Notes under the pieces: model-generated
What the model was told of the DNA's origin: nothing
The model's input: only the letters and a program-made list of their open reading frames with translations
Databases searched by the model: none
Part shown: piece after piece, positions 39,280-49,441 of the stretch
Layout of the letters: every line of letters starts with the position of its first letter
Numbering within the stretch: the stretch's first letter is position 1
Made by a program: the position numbers and the translations under genes
Source: a virus
Taxonomy: Duplodnaviria > Caudoviricetes
Virus record (IMG/VR): IMGVR_UViG_3300042564_002254
Coordinates: 1 to 58,119 of that record
Strand: one strand, 5' to 3'
Length of the DNA: 58,119 nucleotides

Positions 39280-40303
39280 GATATTTTTCCAACACTGGAA
39301 TCCTTGCGGATTAATAAATCAGGTAATGAGTCTAGAGTTAGCAGTGGGTCTCTCACATGAAACAAATGCAACTGTTGTAGTTCATAATGCAAGCAACAAG
39401 GGTGATCATTTATTTGATTTTAGGGCTGTTCCAATTCACACTCCTTCTAGATTTCATAACAATCAAAGAGAAGGATTTACAAATCCAGATCAGTTTCCAC
39501 ACCTATTAGAATTATTAGACTTTGATTCAAACTTAATTGTAATTGATCAAAAAATAGACAACTTTAAGCAGGAAGAAGTGGTTATAGAGGACATATTAAA
39601 TAACTACTACTACAGCAATAGCACAAAAATAACAGAAAATGAGTTAGCATTTGCTGAGGGCAGACAAAGATTGCCACTAGATAGACCAATACATCTAAAA
39701 GGAACATTGGGCTGGTACTCAAGATTTTTCTATAACAGAAGCCCTGAACTAGATAAGGTATTGTCCTCAGTTAGGTTTAAGAAAGAATACACAGACCTGG
39801 CTAAGAAGATATCTAACTCTTTAGGCACATTTCAAGGTATGCATTTAAGACTAACTGACCATGTGCACATGTTTGAAACCACTCAAGAAATGTTTGAGTC
39901 TTGGATCAGTAACTTTGAGCAAAACAACTTGCCAATAGTTTTGTCAACAGATGAACCAGGTCATAAAATGGTTGAAGACAATAAGCATAGATTTATGCTA
40001 TTAGATGAATACATTGTTAACAACTTTGCAGAAGACTTTAAGTCCTTACAATTTCAGGATGAAGTAGTTTTTGGTTTAATCTGTAATTTAGTTATGCATG
40101 ATTCAGAAACTTTTGTTGGCACATCAGGAAGCACCTATACTGCATACATCCATAGAAATAGAAATCAAACTCGTAATGAAACTTGGGATTTCTTTGATAA
40201 TCCAGAAACAACAGAAGGCCATCCATACTCTTGGAATGGTCATCCACTAAACCCTGGCAGAAAAATGTGGTGGAGAGAATGGAAGGAGTCAAGATTATCA
40301 TGA
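39266..40303 (+). CDS. O-fucosyltransferase-like glycosyltransferase (POFUT-type)
   Basis: GLINQ, GMHLRLTD, STD and FVGTSGSTY motifs. Confidence 0.75.
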   Translation: MATNKIFFQHWNPCGLINQVMSLELAVGLSHETNATVVVHNASNKGDHLFDFRAVPIHTPSRFHNNQREGFTNPDQFPHLLELLDFDSNLIVIDQKIDNFKQEEVVIEDILNNYYYSNSTKITENELAFAEGRQRLPLDRPIHLKGTLGWYSRFFYNRSPELDKVLSSVRFKKEYTDLAKKISNSLGTFQGMHLRLTDHVHMFETTQEMFESWISNFEQNNLPIVLSTDEPGHKMVEDNKHRFMLLDEYIVNNFAEDFKSLQFQDEVVFGLICNLVMHDSETFVGTSGSTYTAYIHRNRNQTRNETWDFFDNPETTEGHPYSWNGHPLNPGRKMWWREWKESRLS

Positions 40304-41322
40304 AGACAGCATTAGTCTTAGGAGCAGGTGGTTTTATTGGAAGCCATATGGTAAAGCGTTTAAAGTCTGAAGGATACTGGGTTCGTGGAGTAGACCTAAA
40401 ACATCCAGACTTTTCTGAAACACAAGCAGATGAATTTATTGAAAGAGATCTGTCAGTATACGACAACATGGAAAAGGTTGTTCAGTTTAAGGGTTATGCT
40501 GGTAATTTTTATTCAGAGATACCATATAAATTAATTACATCATTTGACGAAATATATCAGTTTGCTGCAGACATGGGTGGTGCTGGATATATTTTTACTG
40601 GAGATAACGATTCCCAGATTATGGAAAACTCAGCATTAATTAATTTAAACTTACTTAGAGCACAATCAAGACTAAACAAAAAATACGAGATTAACAAGAC
40701 CAAGATATTCTACTCAAGTTCAGCATGTATGTATCCCGATTACAAACAACTAGAAACCAATAATCCTGGACTCAAAGAATCAGATGCGTACCCTGCAGAT
40801 CCCGATAGCGAATATGGTTGGGAAAAACTGTTTAGCGAAAGACTATTTCTAGCATTTAACAAGAACAACAAGATACCAGTTGCAATAGCAAGATATCATA
40901 ACATCTTTGGGCCAGAAGGAACATGGGATGGTGGTAAAGAAAAAGCACCTGCAGCAATGTGTAGAAAAGTTATTCAGGCAACAGATTCTATAGAAATTTG
41001 GGGCGACGGTGAACAAACTCGTTCATTCTTGTTTATTGATGAATGCATAGATGCAACCAAAAAACTTATGGAATCAGACTTTACGGGACCAATCAATATT
41101 GGCTCTGAAGAAATGGTAACAATAAACCAGTTAGTAGACACAGCCTGCTCTATTGAAGGAAAGTCTTTAAAGAAAAATCATATTTCAGGACCATTGGGTG
41201 TTCGTGGAAGAAACTCAAACAATGATTTAATCAGAGAAAAACTACAGTGGGACTATTCTCTGCCATTGCAAAACGGTATAGAAAAAACCTACAATTGGAT
41301 TAAAAGTCAAATAAATGGATAA
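40300..41322 (+). CDS. NAD-dependent epimerase, GDP-mannose 3,5-epimerase-like
   Basis: GAGGFIG, AADMGG, YSSSACMYP, YGWEK, GG.EKAPAA.CRK, GVRGRNS. Confidence 0.85.
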   Translation: MKTALVLGAGGFIGSHMVKRLKSEGYWVRGVDLKHPDFSETQADEFIERDLSVYDNMEKVVQFKGYAGNFYSEIPYKLITSFDEIYQFAADMGGAGYIFTGDNDSQIMENSALINLNLLRAQSRLNKKYEINKTKIFYSSSACMYPDYKQLETNNPGLKESDAYPADPDSEYGWEKLFSERLFLAFNKNNKIPVAIARYHNIFGPEGTWDGGKEKAPAAMCRKVIQATDSIEIWGDGEQTRSFLFIDECIDATKKLMESDFTGPINIGSEEMVTINQLVDTACSIEGKSLKKNHISGPLGVRGRNSNNDLIREKLQWDYSLPLQNGIEKTYNWIKSQING

Positions 41323-42154
41323 GGCTGAAGTTGTAAGAGAAGTTTTTTTGCAAGATGGCATTGGAGCACAACTATGGAGAAAACTATTCTGCATGTCTTA
41401 TGCAAAATACCACAACCTTCTTTTTGAAGACAGTCCAATTACAGATTTTTTAATTCATGAATCTGACAAAGTTTACAGCGAAGAAGAAAAGGTTAAATTC
41501 ATAGATAAGTTTAATACAATATTAAGTAACCCTTGGAAAGATATAGACTTTTCTAACAAAGACAGTTTTGTTCTTTGTGATAAAGTTGGCTTAGGATACG
41601 AAATATTGTACAAAAATGCAGGAGTAATAGATCAGCCATGGACATTCTTAGATGTTGCCAAAGAATTTAGCACTATAGAAAAAACAGAAAACAATGTAGT
41701 GATTCATATAAGAAGAGGCAATGTTCTTCCAGAAAATCCAAGATGGGTAGAAGAATCTGTTTATGTAGACATGTTGCAACGACTTCCAGACTTTTTAAAA
41801 AAACTAAATATTGTTCCAGACAGAGTAATAATTTTAACAGATGCTCCAGATTCAAACAAAAAGTTTAAGCCTATAAATCAAAATCAATTAGATAAATGGA
41901 GACAACCTCATTTACACAAAGACGAAAACGATTCTTTTGACACAATGTCTATAAACTTTAAATTACTTAGGGATGCATATCCAGGTATTGAAATTTTAAA
42001 TAATCTAGATACCTATACAGCATTTACTATGATGGTAATGGCAAAAGTTTTAATAACTGGTAGATCTGCCTTCAGCGAATCTGCGGGTCTACTATCAAAA
42101 AACACTGTTTTGTCAGTTAATAACTATCGCAGTTTTTTTGAAAGTATGCAATAA
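41315..42154 (+). CDS. Fucosyltransferase-fold glycosyltransferase (GT11-like)
   Basis: DGIGAQL, IHIRRG, SAFS motifs. Confidence 0.65.
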   Translation: MDKAEVVREVFLQDGIGAQLWRKLFCMSYAKYHNLLFEDSPITDFLIHESDKVYSEEEKVKFIDKFNTILSNPWKDIDFSNKDSFVLCDKVGLGYEILYKNAGVIDQPWTFLDVAKEFSTIEKTENNVVIHIRRGNVLPENPRWVEESVYVDMLQRLPDFLKKLNIVPDRVIILTDAPDSNKKFKPINQNQLDKWRQPHLHKDENDSFDTMSINFKLLRDAYPGIEILNNLDTYTAFTMMVMAKVLITGRSAFSESAGLLSKNTVLSVNNYRSFFESMQ

Positions 42155-42155
42155 A

Positions 42156-42190
42156 ATACCCCCAAGGATTTCTCCAAGGGGGCATTATTT
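42156..42190 (-). terminator. Intrinsic terminator between convergent genes
   Basis: CCCCCTTGGA-GAAA-TCCTTGGGGG-TATTTT on minus strand. Confidence 0.6.
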
Positions 42191-42197
42191 TTATTTA

Positions 42198-42761
42198 TTA
42201 TTTAGGAAATTTAGCCATCCAGGTTTTAGTTCTTGGAGTGATGCCCTTCCATGAGGACCAGTCTTCTCCACCATTTGTCATATAATATGCAATCTCTGCA
42301 TTTTTGACGGGATTAAATAGTTCAGCATTTGACTCAAGATCAAACTTAGTTCTACGATCAGGACCAAGGTTGTCAATCATATTGATTTGGAACATACCAT
42401 AAGACGAGTCCCCAGTCTTGTGATTGCCATTAAAAGCCAATGGTCGCCCATTAGACTCCTTTTTAGCCACTGCCCAAGCAACTACAAGGTCTTTACCCTT
42501 GAAGCCTACTAAGGACAGGAGTTCCTTTAGTTCTAAATCAGTTAGAGAAGTCTTATTCTCAAAACTCTCTAGTTTTTTTTCCTTAGAAACCAAAAAAACC
42601 TCTTTCGAGGCGGTATCTATTGTCTGAGCCTGTTCAAGGCTAAGATTGTTCTTCGTATCAAGACCTGAATCAGCATTGGCTCCGTTCGACAAAACAGTTA
42701 CTAATGCTACGATACTGAGTGTGCTAATGATCTCTTTGTTTCTTTCGATAAATTTAATCAT
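42198..42761 (-). CDS. Secreted lysozyme-like / lytic transglycosylase
   Basis: Signal/TM segment, AVAKKESNG catalytic Glu, YGMFQIN, WSSW; AAGGAGG RBS. Confidence 0.8.
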   Translation of the reverse strand: MIKFIERNKEIISTLSIVALVTVLSNGANADSGLDTKNNLSLEQAQTIDTASKEVFLVSKEKKLESFENKTSLTDLELKELLSLVGFKGKDLVVAWAVAKKESNGRPLAFNGNHKTGDSSYGMFQINMIDNLGPDRRTKFDLESNAELFNPVKNAEIAYYMTNGGEDWSSWKGITPRTKTWMAKFPK

Positions 42762-42862
42762 AGTTTCCTCCTTAGAAAACAATAACACCCTGGTAGGTGT
42801 CTATACCAAGTATAACATGATTTTGGGCCAAAAGTCAAATTTGGGTGTATAATTATTTTATT

Positions 42863-43381
42863 ATGACTACATATGATTTTTCTACTGCTGGAATTCAATA
42901 TCCCCTGGAAACATCACCAGTAAACGTACACGGAGACTTCAAGAAATTAGCAGAATCCCTTGATGCAATTCTACCAGCATATGGAGTATCATATTTTCAG
43001 ATTAATGTAAAAAATAATAGCGGGGCTGCAATAAATGCTGGAGTACCAGTATATGCAACAGGGTATTCAACAAAAACCACAATAGCAAAAGCACTTCCAT
43101 CTACATCATCTCCAATACTTGGACTATTAAAAAACAATACGGGAAATGGTTCTGATGGAGTAGTTGTTGTTGCTGGAGTTATGGAAGGGTTAAATACTTC
43201 AAGTTTCGTTGCAGGAGAGGTTTTATATGTTGGAGAGTCTGGAGGCCTAACAAATGTTAGACCAGCAGGAGGATCTGCAGCAGTTGGTATTTGTGCATAT
43301 GCAAACAATACAAACGGAATCGTAATAGTAGAGGCAAAAGGCAACGGTACCTGGGGATCACTCAGAGACGGTTTGTCGTGA
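42863..43381 (+). CDS. Putative virion (cement/decoration-like) protein
   Basis: KN.SG..I..G.PVY...G..LYV...GGLT...P pattern. Confidence 0.55.
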   Translation: MTTYDFSTAGIQYPLETSPVNVHGDFKKLAESLDAILPAYGVSYFQINVKNNSGAAINAGVPVYATGYSTKTTIAKALPSTSSPILGLLKNNTGNGSDGVVVVAGVMEGLNTSSFVAGEVLYVGESGGLTNVRPAGGSAAVGICAYANNTNGIVIVEAKGNGTWGSLRDGLS

Positions 43382-43393
43382 TATAATAAACAA

Positions 43394-43810
43394 ATGGCAA
43401 CTCTAAGAGGATCTCAAACATCATACGACATAGGAAATAAACCTCCTACAGTTATTTGGACTGTGGTTCGTGGAGATACATCTGGGTTTAAGGTTTATGT
43501 AACTGATGATGCTAAAGAGCCTTTGGTTTTAAAAGGCGAGGGATCTGAGTGGGACATTGCTATGAAAATTAAAAGACCAACCCTTGCAAAAGATAAAGGC
43601 ATTATTACAGATGCAGCAACCCTGGTTTTAAATTTATATCCAGTTGCAGATGAAGATGACCTTGTTGGTGAATTTACAGTTTGGCTTACAGCAGAAGAAT
43701 CAGTTCAACTTGAAACAGGAGACATCTTTGATATTCAGGTATCAGACCCAACAAGAGTTTGGACAGTTGCTCAGGGTAGCATGAAGATTCTTGAAGATGT
43801 AACAGATTAA
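43394..43810 (+). CDS. Virion protein, BppU-N-like
   Basis: WTVVRGDT...FDIQV...G...I.EDVT. Confidence 0.6.
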   Translation: MATLRGSQTSYDIGNKPPTVIWTVVRGDTSGFKVYVTDDAKEPLVLKGEGSEWDIAMKIKRPTLAKDKGIITDAATLVLNLYPVADEDDLVGEFTVWLTAEESVQLETGDIFDIQVSDPTRVWTVAQGSMKILEDVTD

Positions 43811-44034
43811 TGGCCACAGCATTAATACTTGATGAATTAAAAAACAAAACAGAGCGAATCTTTTTAGTAGATTACGCAGAAGTTAAAGTAGAAGACTTCA
43901 CAAGAAAAACAGTTATAACTGAGGTATTGCCGTTTAGAGTTAAATTTAGTGCAATACAGATTCAGGCTATTGGTTCAGGTAACACCCCAGCAATTCCTCT
44001 ACAGGTTATTGGGTACAGCAACTATATTCTTTAA
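43810..44034 (+). CDS. Hypothetical protein
   Basis: Overlap-packed ORF. Confidence 0.55.
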   Translation: MATALILDELKNKTERIFLVDYAEVKVEDFTRKTVITEVLPFRVKFSAIQIQAIGSGNTPAIPLQVIGYSNYIL

Positions 44035-44067
44035 TTAGATTAATTAAAAGGGTGATATAATCTCTAT

Positions 44068-44514
44068 ATGGCTAAAATATCAATTTCAAATGTAAAGAGT
44101 CTATTTCAAACAGGTGATAGACCTACTCAAGAAAATTATGTAGATCTAATTGATACCCTTTCTGCTCAGGCAACAGACCTGGGATCAGCGGGTAACAATG
44201 AAAACACAATCACTGGTATTGAGAACTTAACTGTTATTGATAGTTTTGATGCTACGGTTTGGCGTATGGTGAAGTATATTGTTTCAATATCAAAAACTTC
44301 AGCAGGTGACAACAAGTTCTACGCAACTGAAATGACAATTCTTGTTGACGGTACAGATGTATCAGTCAGCGAGTATGGAACAATCGACAATGATGGGAAT
44401 ATTGGCACCATTGATGTCTCTCGCACTGGAAATACCGTGGCTTTAACAGTCACTCCAGACCCTGCGATCAGGCCAGTCACTGTACGTTACGCACGTATGG
44501 GACTTAAGGCATAA
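44068..44514 (+). CDS. Virion protein sharing C-terminal domain with 44531
   Basis: FQTGD.PT...DLID; R..KY.V...E..I..DG....EYG. Confidence 0.6.
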   Translation: MAKISISNVKSLFQTGDRPTQENYVDLIDTLSAQATDLGSAGNNENTITGIENLTVIDSFDATVWRMVKYIVSISKTSAGDNKFYATEMTILVDGTDVSVSEYGTIDNDGNIGTIDVSRTGNTVALTVTPDPAIRPVTVRYARMGLKA

Positions 44515-44530
44515 CTAAGGAGATATAAAA

Positions 44531-45955
44531 ATGGCAACAAATAATAAAGATTTTAAAGTAAAGCACGGGCTGATTGTTGAGGGTGCACAAGGTACAATTA
44601 ACAACCAGACAATTCTTACAGAAGCAGACGGAGATGCATACATCCTCGGCCTGGTAGGTGGATCAACACTTATCACATCTGTTGACACAGATGATTTCAC
44701 AGTAACCGCTGGACTACTTACAGTAGCAGCAGGTTCAGACATTGCAAGAGATGGCGATATCACTACAGCAATTGATGCACTTGATACAGACGATATTGAA
44801 GAAGGTTCAACAAACCTTTACTATACAGATACTCGTGCTCGTGGAGCAATCACTGCAGGAACTGGTATTGATTACAATTCAGCAACTGGCTACATTGATG
44901 CAAATCTTGGAACAGGACTTGGACTTGATGGTTCAAGTCAAATTGAAATTAATCGTACAACAGTAGATACTTGGTACGATGCATCAGGTGCTGCAGCAGC
45001 AGCACAGGCAGCAGCAGAAGCATATGCAGATGGTCTTGCAGGCAACTATGATCCAGCAGGAACAGCAGCCGCTGAGGTTGCAGCCCTTGTTAATGGTGCT
45101 CCAGAACTTTTGGATACACTTAACGAACTTGCAGAAGCAATTAACGATGATGCTTCATTTGCCTCAACAATTGCAACATCAATTGGAGAAAAGCAAGACA
45201 CATTAACTGCAGGAGACAACATCAATATTACAGGAGCAACAATTTCTGTAACTGGTCTTGATTCAGCAGACATTTCAGACTTTAACACTGCAGCACTTTC
45301 TGCAACAGCATCAGCATACGATGCAACTGGAACAGCACAAGGCATTGTTGATGCACTTGATACAGACGATATTGAAGAAGGTTTAGCAAACCAGTACTTC
45401 ACAGATGTTCGTGCTAAGACTTCAGCAGCACAACTTTTGACTGGTGCAACTCTTGATAATATCACTATCACAGGTGACGAAAATGGTCTTACTATTACCG
45501 CAGAAAACGGTGTAGCAGATTCTGATACTGATGATCTTGATGAAGGTACAACAAACCTTTACTTCCAGGATTCTCGTGCAGTAGATGCTCTTGAAGCAGT
45601 TGTTCCAAACTTTACAGCAGTTGAGATTAACTCAGTTGCTAAGCAGGTAGCAGCAACAGTTTCAGTAGCAACAGCAAGCCAAGTAACAGCATACGAGTTC
45701 CTTGGAACAGAGTATCGCTCAGCGAAGTTCTTAGTAAAGACAGCACAAGGCTCACACACAGATGTTGCAGAAGTTCTCCTAACTATGGATTCTTCAAACA
45801 ACATCTCAATTACAGAATATGCAATGGTCGGAACTAATGGTTCCCTAATGACAATAACAGCAGACTATGTGTCAGTTGGAACGACTGTAAGACTTCGTGT
45901 AACAACTGCCAACAATACCTCAGTGGTAACTGTTGTCGGAACATTGCTTGCATAA
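44531..45955 (+). CDS. Tail fibre protein
   Basis: DFKVKHGL start, repeated TDDIEEG..NLY.TD.RA, APELLDTLNELA.AI.DD motif. Confidence 0.75.
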   Translation: MATNNKDFKVKHGLIVEGAQGTINNQTILTEADGDAYILGLVGGSTLITSVDTDDFTVTAGLLTVAAGSDIARDGDITTAIDALDTDDIEEGSTNLYYTDTRARGAITAGTGIDYNSATGYIDANLGTGLGLDGSSQIEINRTTVDTWYDASGAAAAAQAAAEAYADGLAGNYDPAGTAAAEVAALVNGAPELLDTLNELAEAINDDASFASTIATSIGEKQDTLTAGDNINITGATISVTGLDSADISDFNTAALSATASAYDATGTAQGIVDALDTDDIEEGLANQYFTDVRAKTSAAQLLTGATLDNITITGDENGLTITAENGVADSDTDDLDEGTTNLYFQDSRAVDALEAVVPNFTAVEINSVAKQVAATVSVATASQVTAYEFLGTEYRSAKFLVKTAQGSHTDVAEVLLTMDSSNNISITEYAMVGTNGSLMTITADYVSVGTTVRLRVTTANNTSVVTVVGTLLA

Positions 45956-45990
45956 TAAAAAATAAAAATAGTTGGAAGAGGGAGCAGTAA

Positions 45991-46446
45991 ATGACAACAG
46001 CAGATAAAGACTTCAGGGTCAAGAATGGATTAGTCGTAGCAAACGGCGGTACATTTGGAAATGCAGTAACAGTAGGAGCCCCAACTCTTGCAGAGCATGC
46101 AACAACCAAGGAGTATGTGGATTCTGTAGCAGGATCTATGTCTGTAGGAGCAACTGCTCCCGCTTCACCAACTAATGGAACACAGTGGTTAGACACTGCA
46201 ACAAACAGAGTTAATTTTTATTACGATGGTTCTTGGTATACCCAAGCAACTATTGATGATACAAATAACTTACCACAGCACATTCACGATACAGCAATTG
46301 ATGGAACTGGTTTCATAGTATCTCAGTTCTACGATGGCGCAACATTTAACAGCCCACAGGGTGCAGGTTTAGATGCAGGTGGACCAGACACAACAGTTTG
46401 GACAGTTGTATTTGATGGCGGTAGTGTAGTAGATAACTTCAATTAA
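45991..46446 (+). CDS. Tail-fibre-related protein
   Basis: DFRVKNGL, AT.KEYVD, AP.SP..G..W.D motifs. Confidence 0.65.
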   Translation: MTTADKDFRVKNGLVVANGGTFGNAVTVGAPTLAEHATTKEYVDSVAGSMSVGATAPASPTNGTQWLDTATNRVNFYYDGSWYTQATIDDTNNLPQHIHDTAIDGTGFIVSQFYDGATFNSPQGAGLDAGGPDTTVWTVVFDGGSVVDNFN

Positions 46447-46503
46447 AAAATAGGGGTTATAATAAGATAGTAAATGGGCAGCACCCATAAGGAGAAATAA
46501 AAT

Positions 46504-47784
46504 ATGGCAACAAGAATGCAACAGCGCAGAGGAACTGCACAGCAGTGGACTACTGCAAACCCAACACTTGGAGCAGGTGAAATTGGATTTGAGACCGACA
46601 CAAATAAATTTAAAATTGGTAATGGATCTTCAAACTGGGCTGCACTATCATATTTTGCTAACACAGCAGGCCTTGAAGCACTCCTTAATGACGGCGCACC
46701 TGCAGCACTAAATACTCTTAATGAAATCGCAGCAGCAATTAATGATGACCCAGCGTTTTTTACAACAATTGCAACTAATCTAAGTACACACGAATCAGAC
46801 ACATCTGTTCACGGGATTGCAGATACATCAGTCCTTGCAACTTTCTCATATGTCACAGACGCAATTGCTTCAGTTACAGGTGAGTATTCAGACCTTGCTG
46901 GAACAGGACTTGCTTGGAACTCAGGAACAAACTCACTTGAAATTGATAACACAGTAGCAACAGAAACTTATGCAGATGGAGCAGTAACAACACATAACTC
47001 AGCAACAGCAAATGTTCATGGAATTGCAGATACATCAATCCTTGCAACTACAACAAATGTGTCGACTGCTCAAACAGCAGCAGAAACAACAGCATCTGGA
47101 TATGTTACAACACATAACTCAGCAACAACAAATGTTCATGGAATTGCAGATACTAGCATACTAGTTACAACAACTGGAACACAAACTTTAACAAATAAAA
47201 CAATTACATCTCCTGTAGGACTTGCAAAGGCAGATGTAGGACTTGGAAATGTTGACAACACAGCAGATGCATCAAAGCCAGTATCTACAGCACAGGCTAC
47301 AGCGATTCAAACTGCTAAAACAGAAGCAATTGCAGATGCAACATCTCAGGTAAATGCAATTCTTGCAGGTGCTCCAGCAGCCCTTAACACACTTGATGAA
47401 CTTGCTGCAGCCCTTGGGGATGATGCAAACTTTGCTTCAACAGTAACAACTAGTCTTGGATTAAAGGTAGATTCTTTAACACCTATTACTCAAAAGACTG
47501 CCTCATACACACTTTCAACATTAAATCACAGAGATGATTTAATTGAAATGGGATCGGCTTCAGCACTTACATTAACAATTCCTCTAAATGCAACAATTGC
47601 ATACCCAGTTGGAACATCTATAGATATTCTTCAAACTGGAGCGGGACAAGTAACAATTGCTGGAACAGCAGGAGTAACAGTAAATGCAACACCAGGATTA
47701 AAGTTAAGAACTCAGTGGTCATCTTGTACTCTGTTTAAGAGAGCAGAAAACACTTGGGTTGTCTACGGCGATCTAACAGCGTAA
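46504..47784 (+). CDS. Tail fibre protein with Mtd-N/hyaluronidase-like N-terminus
   Basis: RRGTA.QW...NP.L..GEIGFETDT.KFKIG.G; VHGIADTS repeats; LNTL.E.AAA motifs. Confidence 0.8.
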   Translation: MATRMQQRRGTAQQWTTANPTLGAGEIGFETDTNKFKIGNGSSNWAALSYFANTAGLEALLNDGAPAALNTLNEIAAAINDDPAFFTTIATNLSTHESDTSVHGIADTSVLATFSYVTDAIASVTGEYSDLAGTGLAWNSGTNSLEIDNTVATETYADGAVTTHNSATANVHGIADTSILATTTNVSTAQTAAETTASGYVTTHNSATTNVHGIADTSILVTTTGTQTLTNKTITSPVGLAKADVGLGNVDNTADASKPVSTAQATAIQTAKTEAIADATSQVNAILAGAPAALNTLDELAAALGDDANFASTVTTSLGLKVDSLTPITQKTASYTLSTLNHRDDLIEMGSASALTLTIPLNATIAYPVGTSIDILQTGAGQVTIAGTAGVTVNATPGLKLRTQWSSCTLFKRAENTWVVYGDLTA

Positions 47785-47815
47785 TAAAAATTCAATAAGA
47801 AATTAGGAGATACAA

Positions 47816-48625
47816 ATGGCAGCAGGTAAAAAAGCAGGTAAGAAGTCTCAAGCGTCTAACGACTTTCTAGAGCCATTAGCACCAACAAGCGTATCTGCTA
47901 CAAACGTAGGTACTGGTAGAGCATTTAATAATGGCTCAGCAACAGTTACCTTTTCTTTACCAGCACTTTCTCCTGCAGCCACATCCTTTACAGTAACTTC
48001 AAGCCCAGGGGGATTCACAGCCACTGGTGCCAGTTCACCACTTACAGTAACTGGTCTTCAGTCAAATACAGCATATACATTTACAGCAACAGCAACAAAT
48101 GCTGCAGGAACATCTGCTGCATCATCTGCCTCAGCATCAATTACTGCAACAACAGTTCCAGCAACACCTTCAGCACCAACCGTAACCACACAGGTTAACC
48201 AGGACAATGTTTCTTGGTCTGCCCCAGCAAACGGTGGTTCTGCAATTACTGGCTACACCTGGGCATCTTCTGATGCAAAGGGTGCAACAGTGGGTTCAGG
48301 AACTATAAGCGTTGCAGTTACTCAAGAAGGAGGAACTGCTCAGACATATACAGTTTATGCAACAAATGCTAATGGAAATTCTTTAACTTCAGCAGCCTCT
48401 AACTCTGTTACCACTACTCCTCCGTTCTTCCCACCGTTCTTCCCACCATTCTTCCCGTTCTTCCCACCATTCTTCCCACCATTCTTCCCGTTCTTCCCGT
48501 TCTTCCCACCGTTCTTCCCACCATTCTTCCCGTTCTTCCCACCATTCTTCCCACCATTCTTCCCACCATTCTTCCCACCATACTTCGCCCCACCTACATT
48601 CTCTGGCGCGATGGCATTCTTCTAA
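47816..48625 (+). CDS. Tandem FN3 protein with C-terminal (PPFF)n tail
   Basis: Two FN3-like domains (GL...TAYTF..TATN..G; SW.AP..GGS.ITGY) then Pro/Phe repeat. Confidence 0.8.
   Translation: MAAGKKAGKKSQASNDFLEPLAPTSVSATNVGTGRAFNNGSATVTFSLPALSPAATSFTVTSSPGGFTATGASSPLTVTGLQSNTAYTFTATATNAAGTSAASSASASITATTVPATPSAPTVTTQVNQDNVSWSAPANGGSAITGYTWASSDAKGATVGSGTISVAVTQEGGTAQTYTVYATNANGNSLTSAASNSVTTTPPFFPPFFPPFFPFFPPFFPPFFPFFPFFPPFFPPFFPFFPPFFPPFFPPFFPPYFAPPTFSGAMAFF
48419..48586 (+). repeat. Tandem repeat encoding 15 PPFF/PFF/PPYF units
   Basis: CCACCRTTCTTC and CCGTTCTTC units, in frame. Confidence 0.95.
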
Positions 48626-48727
48626 AAACAAACATATAAATATTTATGTTTAAATTTAAAAGATATGTGATTTATTTTGATGTGATATACTTAGGGTTAA
48701 GTTGTTTATATCAAGATAAGGATAAAG

Positions 48728-49441
48728 ATGTCGGTATATGATGAAAATTCAAATCCTTGGTTTACTAAGGATAGATCAGAAACTGCTATAAATAGATTTC
48801 CAACTAGGACAATAGAGGATAGTATTGTAGTTGAAAACCCAGCACTAGGGATAAATCTATATAGAAATGTTTTTTCAAAAGAAGATTCAGAAAGATATAT
48901 AAACACTCTTGAATCAAATCTTGATGGCACTAAAAAATATAAATGGTCAGAGGCTACAGTTACAAATTCTCCTAATCCAATTAAAAAAGCAAGAGACTGT
49001 GTAGATTTTAAATATAAACAAGAAAATCTTGGACCAAGAGATCAAGACAACTCTGAACTAATCGATTTACACGAAGAAATATATCAAAAACTTAAATACT
49101 GTGTAGACGATTACGCAAAATATTGGGGAATAAATGTTGTTTATTATGAAGCCTTTAATTTTGTAAAATATGAAGGAGAAGGAAAACATTTTAATATACA
49201 CGCAGACCACGGACCAGCCTATAACTGTACAGTTTCTGCTGTAATTTATATTAATGATGACTATGAAGGCGGAGAAATAAAATTTCCAAGACTTGATGGA
49301 TATGTTCACACTCCTAAAGTTGGGGATATTCTTCTTTGCCCATCTAATTATATTTATGAGCATGCTTCTTTGCCAATGAAATCAGGGGCAAAATATTGTG
49401 TTGTTGTAATGACTGATATAAATGAGTTAGGACACAAGTAG
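48728..49441 (+). CDS. 2OG-Fe(II) oxygenase
   Basis: HAD, YINDDYEGGE, HASLP..SG.KY. Confidence 0.88.
   Translation: MSVYDENSNPWFTKDRSETAINRFPTRTIEDSIVVENPALGINLYRNVFSKEDSERYINTLESNLDGTKKYKWSEATVTNSPNPIKKARDCVDFKYKQENLGPRDQDNSELIDLHEEIYQKLKYCVDDYAKYWGINVVYYEAFNFVKYEGEGKHFNIHADHGPAYNCTVSAVIYINDDYEGGEIKFPRLDGYVHTPKVGDILLCPSNYIYEHASLPMKSGAKYCVVVMTDINELGHK

Noticed and set aside
46504-47784. Diversity-generating retroelement suggested by Mtd-like N-terminus
   Set aside because: No reverse transcriptase and no TR/VR pair differing at adenines were seen.
48389-48631. Minus-strand ORF with WWEE repeats
   Set aside because: Shadow of the PPFF repeat; no RBS or promoter.
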